Shown here piece by piece: positions 56,219 through 64,000 of a DNA stretch of 64,000 nt. A program made the position numbers and the translations under genes. The notes below the pieces were generated by a model, which was given only the letters and a program-made list of their open reading frames with translations, had not been told where the DNA came from and did no database searches. The first letter of the stretch is position 1. Every line of letters starts with the position of its first letter. The stretch lies in contig CAVPVK010000010.1 of the NCBI GenBank assembly GCA_963709175.1, positions 19,704-83,703 of the forward strand, read 5' to 3'. The DNA comes from an uncultured Planctomycetia bacterium (lineage in GTDB: Bacteria; Planctomycetota; Planctomycetia; Pirellulales; Thermoguttaceae).

Positions 56219-59200
56219 TCAAAGCCTGCCGTCGGCCAGTAATTCGTCTACGGCATTTCTATCGAGATCGCCGGCGGAGCGACGCTGTTGGCTTTGCGCG
56301 TCGGCCACATCCCACCATAGCCAGGCCAAGTTGCCGGTCGCGCGAAGGGCAATGCTCGTTTGCAGGGCCGCGTCGTGGGCGCTTGTTTGCCGCAAGAGGC
56401 TCGCGGGAGGAGCAACGCTGCCGGAATGCTGCACTACTGCGGGCGCGATGCTGAGGACCGGCATGACGACCTGTAGTGACGCTTCGGAAGGCGATTGGGC
56501 CACAGCAACTTCTGGCTTCGCGTTCCCGGTTGGTGCCGAGGAAGCCAAGGGCGACGCCACAGCGGTGGGATCGAAGACGAATTCTCCGCCGCCGCCGATC
56601 ACAAGTGCCGTGCCAGTCGGCAAGGCGGTCGAACTGGTGATGATCAGCGTGCCCGACATGACGTTGGTAGTTCCCGCGTAGGTGTTCGCGCCCGAAAGCA
56701 CCATGTCGCTGCCGCCGCTCACGGTCACGCCGCCCGGTCCGCCAAGATTGGCGCTGACCATGCCGTCGTTGAGTTGGTAGGCGGCGGCATAGACCGGCCC
56801 GCCCGTGACGCTTCCGCCGTAATCCACCGTAAGGGTCCCACCGGTCGAGAACAGGCCGGCGGGATCGACGCTGAGCATCGTGCCGCTGCCCGTCACGCTG
56901 GTGTTGGTAATGGTAAGCACGGCACTTGGGTTGATAGCTACTCGGCGCTGGACTGGACTACGAAAGGGCGTTGGTGCTTGTGCGAAGTGGCATTTGACAA
57001 CGCTGCGCTGTGCTGACGCTGGCGTCTACGGCGTTGTAGGGGTAGGACGGACGAGTTTTGGTATATTGGGTATTAGTTAATTGCTCACTTCGCTGGGTGT
57101 ATAAGTCAGAGTGGTTGCGTAAGTGAACTGATAGGTAGGGGAAAAGATAGATGTGTGCTGGTAGTGTAGATAGTGATGTGAGCGTGGCAGCGAATAAGAG
57201 GTAGGGGTTGGTGACTACGATCTGGCTGTCACTATTGCTGATGATTGGGTAGGTGGGGACAATTCGTAGTTTGGAACGTTAAAATAGACTTAGATGGCCT
57301 CTGTTGGTATCTACGCTGATAGTCACTGTGTGTGCTGGTGATAGGTACGCTCTTTAGGGCTGACACTGTTATCACAGGTGCTGCCACGTAAGTGTACTGG
57401 TATCGGTAGGCGTAGTGGGAGACGTGACGCTAGAGGTAGCCACTGTCACGTACACGTCTCAGGGCTACTGGCTGGGAAGAGGACGTATAGTATAGTCACG
57501 GAAACGGAGAATATAGAACAGGTGGTTTGGCAGAAGTAGATGGTAGTGGTGTATCTCAGGTTAGTGTGTTGATATACAAGTAGTTGCTGCTCGCTACGGG
57601 GTTATAGAGGGGATAGATAGAGGTCACGCTGGAGTGAAGACGTAATCAAAAAGAACAGGAATACTGTTATATGATGGTAGGCGTTGTCACGGTGACGTCT
57701 ACGTAGCTGGTGGCCTCGCTGGTCGCTGCGGGACTGATAGCTACGATAGTGTGAGCGCTCTGATTGTCTGGTATTGCTGACGATAGTACGAGCGGTTTGT
57801 AGAAGAAGTATACGCTGTGGCGCGCGGTTAGGCTAGTGTGGGTAATAGCTACTTGGTTGCAGCTGGAGATAGATAAGCTGGGAGGACTGACAGAGGTGAT
57901 TTGGGGCGTGGGCAGGTAAGTGAACTGATAGGTAGGCTGGGAAATGGCAGAAGTGCGGCTAGCGGTGGTCACGTGATATAGACAGTGCGAGGATTGTCGC
58001 TGGGGCTGGTAACGACAAGCTGGCTGTCGGTGCTGGCTGTCGATAGTGGCTGGGAAATAGCCGAAATTGACGGACGACGCATTGGCCAATCCCGTGCCGG
58101 TGATCGTGACCGTCTGGCCACCGTTGACCGACCCGGCGGAGGGACTGACCGCGGCGATGATCGGCGCGGCCACGTAGGTGTACTGGTCCGCCGGCTGGGA
58201 AATAGGCGACGTGCCATTGGGGTCTGTCACCGTCACGTCCACCATGCCGGCTGTCGCACCGGCGGGCTGAGGGCGATGATGAACGAGTACGCGGCCTCAA
58301 GGATCATGCCCGAATTGGAACCGAAGTCTACCGCCGTGGCGCGCGCCCAGATCGGTGCCGTAAAGAAAGACCGACTTGCCACCCGACACCGGGCCGAGCG
58401 GCGTTCCGATCGAGGTAACCGCGGGTCCGGCGACGTAGGTAAATTGATCGGCCGGATTAACGGCCGATGTTCGCCAGTGGTTGTCACGGTCAGGTCGACG
58501 GTGCCCAAACCCTCGCGGGGCTGGTGACGACGAGTTGTGTTGTCGAATCGGTGACAATCGTGCCCGGGTAAACATCGCCCTGGCTGTCGGTGAAATCGAC
58601 CACCGAGGCGTTATCCAGATCGGTGCGGTGATAGTCACCTGACTCCCGCCCCCCACCACGCCTGCCGACGGACTCACGCCGTCAATGACGGGTTGCGGCT
58701 GGATGTAAGCGAACTCGTTGGCGGAAGAGGTGGGCGAGGTTCCGCCCGGCGTGACCACGGTCGCATCCACGATGCCGTCGCTGCCAGCGGGAGTGGTGGC
58801 GTGATCGATCTGTTCGCGTTGACCGTGAAGCCGGCCGCCGGGACGCTGCCGAAGTCGACCGCCGTGGCGTTGGCGAGATTCGTGCCGGTGATCGTCACCT
58901 GGTCGCCGCCGCGCGGAAGCCCGTAACTGGAATGACGGCCTGAGACCGCCGGCGACACCACGTAGGTGAACTGGTCCGCCGGCGACGTGTACGAAGTGCC
59001 GCCGTTGGTGGTCACGATGATGTCGACATGTGCCAGAGTATGCATCCGGGCTGGTGACGACGATCTGGTTGTCGGTATTGCTGCCGGTGACGATTGCAGC
59101 CGGAAAGACATCGCCCTGGCCGTCGTTGAAGACGACACTCGACGCGTTGTCCAGGCCGGTGCCGTACACTGTCACGCTGGTACGCCGCCGTCCGGGCTGG

Positions 59201-62200
59201 CATTGGGGCTGACGTTCGTAACGACGGGCGCCGCCACGTAAGTGAACTGGTCGGCCGGCGTAGCGAGCGACAGGCCCCCCAGACCCAACACCTGGACGTC
59301 GACCGTGCCTGGCTGCGGCGGGAACGAAGAGTTGAATCTGCGTATCGTTAGTGAAATAGTAGTTCGGAATCGCCACGTTCGGACCGAAGTCGACGGCCGG
59401 CGCGTTTTCCAGGTTCGTGCCCGTGATCGTCAACCAAGTGCCGCCGCCCAGCGGACCGCTCGATTGGGAAAGGCCGGTGACCGTGGGCGGCAGGTAGTAG
59501 CCATAGCCATAGGCAACGGTCGATGTGCCGTAGGGCGTCGTCACGCTGACGTTCACGTACTGCTCCGCGTCACCGGTTGATTCGGGATTGATGACGACAA
59601 GCGTGTCCGTCCCCTGGTAGTCCGTATTGCTGACGATCGTGGCCGGGTTGCCGCCAAAAAGAACCGATGAGAAACCGACGAGCCCCGTGCCGGTGATCGT
59701 GACCTGCGTGCCGCCATAGACCGATCTCGACGGGGGACTGACAGCCCCGATCGCAGGCGCGGGCATAAAGGTGAATTGATCGGGCGTGCCGGTGGCCGAA
59801 GTTCCGCCCGGAGTCGTGACGACGATATCGTACGTTAACAGATTGACGCCGTTGTAGTTCCCCGTGGGATTATCGGGACTGGTAACAACGAGTTGATTGT
59901 CTGAATCGCTGACAATCGTGCCCGGAAAGCTGTCACCGTAGCTATCGACGAAATCGACGCTTGAGGCGTAGGCCAGGCCGGTACCGCTGATCGTAGACTT
60001 GCGTGGCACGGTAATAGATCCTGTCGGCGGACTGACCGCCGAGACGTTGGGAATCGCCGCAAAGACGAACTGATCTTGCGGCGTAATGTCGGTCGTGCCG
60101 TAGGCGTTCGTCACCGAAACATCGACGGTTCCGGCGGCTTCCATCGGGCTGATGGCCGCGATCGATTGCTGCGAGATAACCTGAGTGTCGGTCGCGGGCA
60201 CGCCGCCGAAGTAGACCTCCGGCGCAGTCCAGGTTGGAATCCGTCAAGTCGGCGCCGTTGATCGTGACGGTGGTGCCGACCGCAATTGAGCCGCCTGCCA
60301 CCGAACCGGGGATGGATGGAGTCGACAGGCTGGCGATGAATGGGGCATCCGTATAAGTGAACCCGTTGGCTGGCTCGTTTATCGCGGAGGTGCCGTCGGG
60401 GGTTGTCACCGTCACGTCCACGGTGCCCAGGCCGGAATACAACCCACCCTGCGTCGCATCCGGAGTGATGGCCACGACCTGGCTGTCGGTATTACTGACA
60501 ATGTGCCGGGTACTGGCCAAAGTCGACTGCGGTTGCGTTGGCGAGGTTGGTGCCGGTGATGGTCACCGTGGTGCCGCCCTCCGCGGCGCCGGAAGGCGGA
60601 GTCAAGCCCGAAGGCACACTCAAGCCCGTGACGGCCGGACCCGGCACGTAGGTGAACTCATCGGCGGCCGAGGTGGCCGATGTAGCGCCATAAGACGTGG
60701 CCGTGACGTCCACCATGCCCAATTCGTTGCCGGGCGGGCTGATGACGAAAATCGTGCTGACCGTATCGGCGTCCTCGGCCGGAGGCAACGGGTATGCCGT
60801 CTCCGAGTAGCCGGTGAACGTGGCCGGATTGCCGCCGAAGTAAACTTGACCCACGTTGGACAAGCCGGTGCCCGTAATCGCCACGGTGTTTCCGCCGCCG
60901 ATGCCTCCGGACGCGGGACTGATTCCCGTGATGGTCGGGACCGCGTAATAGGTGTAGACCGGAACGAAGGCGATAGTGGAACTGCCTTCCGGAGTCGTCA
61001 CGATTTCGGGCGCGGGGCCAGGGTTGTTCGGGGGGACGGTAACCGTGATCGAACTCGAGGAAACGCTGGTAATAGTGCCGGGCACGCCGCCAAAGTCCAC
61101 GGCGGTGTCGGCCCCCGTTGGGTCATCCGGCGCCGTCAGGTTGAAGCCCGTGAGCGTAATCGACGCGCCGCCCAGCACGGGGCCATAGTAGCCGCCAGTC
61201 AAGACGAGCGGGGCTTGGGTGTACGTAAATTGGTCGGCTGGGACAGCGAGCGATTCGCCCAAATTCGTGACGACCTGCACGTCGATCGTCGCGGCGGCTG
61301 GTCCGGGAGTCCGAGAGCAATTATCGTCCCGGCGGCGTTTACCGAGAACTCGGAACTTGTAAGATCGGTCTGGGTATAGGGAATGGAACTGCCGTAGATC
61401 ACGTTCGTGGCGCCGGTGAAATTCGCCCCGTAGATATACTGAGTGTAGAATTCGCCGGGGGAAGTGTAGGCCGGCCCTACGCTGTAACTGAGCCCTGTTA
61501 CTACCGGCAGGTTGCCATAGGTGTATTTGTCGTTGGGGGAAGTGGCCGAAAGCCCGCCCGACGATTGCACCCGCACGTCCACCGCTCCGGTAGCGTCGCC
61601 GGGACTCGCCGGAATGGTAACCGAGATCGACTCGTCCGAGTAGAAGGTAATGCCGCTGAAGGGGATCACGACGCTGCCGAAATCGACGGCCGAGGTGCCG
61701 TCCGACTCCAAGTTTGTGCCGCTGATGGTCAGCGTTCCGCCACCCGACGTGAGCCCGGACGCGGGACTGATGCCCGTGACCGTCGGCGCGGGGTAGCCGT
61801 AAGTGAACTGATCCGCGGGCCGCGAAATCGCCGACGTACCCAGGGGTGACGTGACCTGCACGTCCACGGTGCTGGGGCCCAAGTAGGGACCGGTCACCAC
61901 AATGGCATCGGGAGAGATGGAGTCAATCTTGGCCCCGTAACCGTCGAACGTCACCGACGTTGCGCCGGTGAAACCAATTCCGCTGATAGTCACCGTCGTG
62001 CCGCCCCCCACCGGCCCGCTCGTCGGATTTAACCCGGTCACCGCCACGCCGGTCGTGTACGTGAAGTTCAAGCTGTTGGACGTTACCACCGATTGCGAGC
62101 CGGGCCCGTCGGGCGTGGTCACGGTCACCGGCACCGTGTCGCCGGGCGTGTTCGGCGGATTCGTCGGAGTCGGATTCGTAACCACGACTTCATTGTACGA

Positions 62201-64000
62201 GTCAGACTCAATATAGCCCGCGATGCCGTTGAATAGTACACTGGCGCCCATGAGGTTTTCGCCGGTAATCGTCACCGAGCTCTGGTAGGTCGCGGGACCG
62301 GACAACGGTGAGAGGCTGGAGATTACCGGGGGAACGATCTCGTAGTTGTATTGGCCCGCCGCGGTCATTCCGTCGGGCGTTTCCACGTATACGGTCGCCA
62401 GACCCAGGGGGCCGGGCGGCACGGTCACTTCAATTTGACCGGGAGTATCCGAGACGATTGTGGCGGGGTTGCCCAGACCGAAATAGACGCTTACGCCGCC
62501 GAGTGTCGCGTCGCCCAAGTTGGAGCCGTTGATGGTCACGGTGTTGCCGCCTTCATAGGGACCGTAATTCTGCGGGGTCAATTGCGAGACGGCCGGCCCG
62601 GGCACGTAGGTGAACTGGTCCGTGGGCGCGGTCGACGTGGCCGAAAACCCGCCTGCCGTCAACACCGAAATTGCAACCGGCCCAGTGGCCGTCGAAATGG
62701 GACTGGTGGCGAAAACAACCCAATTCCCGGTGGCTGAGTCTATCGAATCGAAAATGTTGGGCTGCACGACAAGTGTCGTGCCGAACAGCACTCCCACCGC
62801 GTTGGCCAGATTCGTTCCCGAGATCTCCACCTGGGTGTTGCCGCTGAGCGGGCCAGAAGCCGGCAGACCGGAGAGACCGGTCACGTCGGTCACCGTCGGC
62901 GGCGGCACGTAGGTATAGGCGTCGGCCGGCCGGGAAAGGGCCGAAGTGCCGCCCGGCGTGGTCACCGTCACGTCGACCGTGCCCGCCATACCCGCCGGCA
63001 CGTCGGCCGTAATCTGCCAAAGATTGGGATTCTGAGCGGGTATCAGTTGTACGTCGGAGACGATCGTGCCTGCATTCTGGCCGAAGCTCACGTTGGCGTC
63101 GGCGGTTGGGCCCAAATACGTACCGACGATGTTCACCTCAGACTGGCCCCCGAGAATTGGGTCGATGCTATTTAGCGGGCCAGCCGCGGGAGTGACGCTT
63201 TGCACCACCGGCACGCCAAAGTAGGTGAACTGAGACTGATCCGCTTCCGGCAGACGTAAACCCCCGCTCGGGATGTAGGTTCCGTTCGGATTCGAAGTGC
63301 CGCCCGGCGTGGCCACCGTCACGTTGACCGTGCCCGGGCTCGATTGCGCCGGATCGTAATCGATCGTTATCTGCGTGCCTGCCGCGTTGACGGATATGTT
63401 GGGGAACTCGAAGCGGCCAGAGCCAATAATGAATGGCACCTCGACGCTGCCGAAGTATATGGCGATATAGTTCTCCAAGTTCGTGCCCGTGAGCGTCACC
63501 GTTTGGTTGCCGGCCAGAGCGCCAACGGGCGGCCCGGCCGCCGTGCTGATGTAATCGATGTTGGGGGGCGGAATGTACGTGAAAGCATCGGGATCGGGGG
63601 ATCCCCCGTAAGGTTCCGAGGTTCCGCCCGGCGTGGTCACGTGTACGTCGACCGTGCCGCTGCCCATCGGGCTTACCACGTAGAGCGTCGTCGCGCTGTC
63701 CTGGCTGAGGTATTGCGGATCGCTGTCGATGGCGCCTGGTTCGCGCCGAAGTAGACGGAGGTAACGCCGTTGAGGTTCGTGCCCTGCAACTCCACAATCT
63801 CGTTGCCGCCGCCCGGACCGGTCTGCGGCGAAACGCTCGTAATGATCGGCGGCGGCAGGAAGGTGAACCCGTCCTCTAGGATGAAGGCGCCCTGCGGCGT
63901 TTGCACCTCGACGTTGACCGTCGCGGGCGACGCGAGGAGCTCGATGGGCGTCTCCACCACGAGGGAAAATGGTCCGTCGCTCCCCGGCTGGATCGTGCCG
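56219..64000 (-). CDS. Giant IPT/TIG (Ig-like) repeat cell-surface protein with C-terminal autotransporter-type beta-strand repeats; 5' end outside the window; many frameshifts and a degenerate internal block
   Basis: Minus-strand ORFs 63673-63960, 61199-63679 (826 aa, intact), 60492-61280, 59942-60520, 58297-60201, 57667-58245 and 56219-56920 all encode units of about 90 aa. The unit pattern is P..GP..GGT.VTI.GTNL..A..V.FG...A......S.T.I.V.SP....GTVDVTVTTPGGTSA.S.ADQFTY. The last ORF carries LSGANTYAGTTNVMSGTLII. Confidence 0.8.
57040..58080 (-). other. Degenerate, C-poor (plus strand) / G-poor (coding strand) block of about four IPT repeat units with stops in all frames
   Basis: See the findings. 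The roughly 270-nt periodicity is retained, marked by the QFTY/QYTY-coding gtaagtgaactg or gtaagtgtactg at 57119, 57388 and 57917. No ORF longer than about 60 aa appears on either strand between 57017 and 57666. Confidence 0.7.

Noticed and set aside
57040-58080. Diversity-generating retroelement (template/variable repeat pair) as an explanation for the diverged IPT units.
   Set aside because: No reverse transcriptase or accessory gene is in the window. Differences from intact units are not confined to adenine positions. The block spans about 1 kb with stops in all frames, unlike a DGR variable region of 100-150 nt.

Overview
High-GC segment (about 60-65% by eye) that looks like a Planctomycetota chromosome. 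Supporting features are a DUF1559 prepilin-like protein with a small lipoprotein partner, PEP-CTERM giant surface proteins, a TAT-signal Gfo/Idh/MocA oxidoreductase, a sulfatase, and very large repeat adhesins. I found no rRNA, tRNA, CRISPR array, transposase or integrase. Layout: (1) 1-17.3 kb is a fructan-utilisation locus. It holds a divergent GntR/sugar-binding regulator, two paralogous giant autotransporter-repeat/LamG/PEP-CTERM surface proteins (the second with an N-terminal GH32 domain), the DUF1559 + lipoprotein pair, a secreted GH32, an MFS sugar porter and a PfkB fructokinase. (2) 17.3-21.7 kb, minus strand: PmoA-like, Gfo/Idh/MocA and six-hairpin glycosidase-like genes. (3) 21.8-32.5 kb, minus strand: an intact hdrCBA-mvhDGA module (group 3c [NiFe] hydrogenase plus heterodisulfide reductase) with maturation protease, a cNMP-binding protein and hypA, preceded by a response regulator and a histidine-kinase remnant. 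(4) 32.7-48.8 kb: chemotaxis cluster cheB-cheY-cheR-mcp-cheW-orf-(hpt)cheA-cheC-cheD-cheY-cheX, then a hybrid kinase and a response regulator. (5) 49-56.2 kb: DUF4239-like protein, arylsulfatase, NTF2-like protein, Gly-rich secreted protein, and HdeD with an in-frame TAG. (6) 56.2-64 kb, minus strand: a giant IPT/TIG-repeat surface protein that runs off the window. Caveat: many genes are broken by 1-nt indels, and the breaks are very unevenly distributed. The che cluster and the adhesin are riddled with them, while the hdr-mvh operon has none. Coordinates of frameshifted genes are therefore reconstructed by hand from several frames. Most unusual signals: a roughly 1 kb strand-asymmetric, C-depleted, stop-riddled block of IPT repeats (57.0-58.1 kb); a family of heptamer tandem and inverted repeat elements filling the intercistronic spacers of the hdr-mvh operon and one site in the hpt/cheA region; and an in-frame PEP-CTERM to prepilin-leader junction with no stop codon in any frame.
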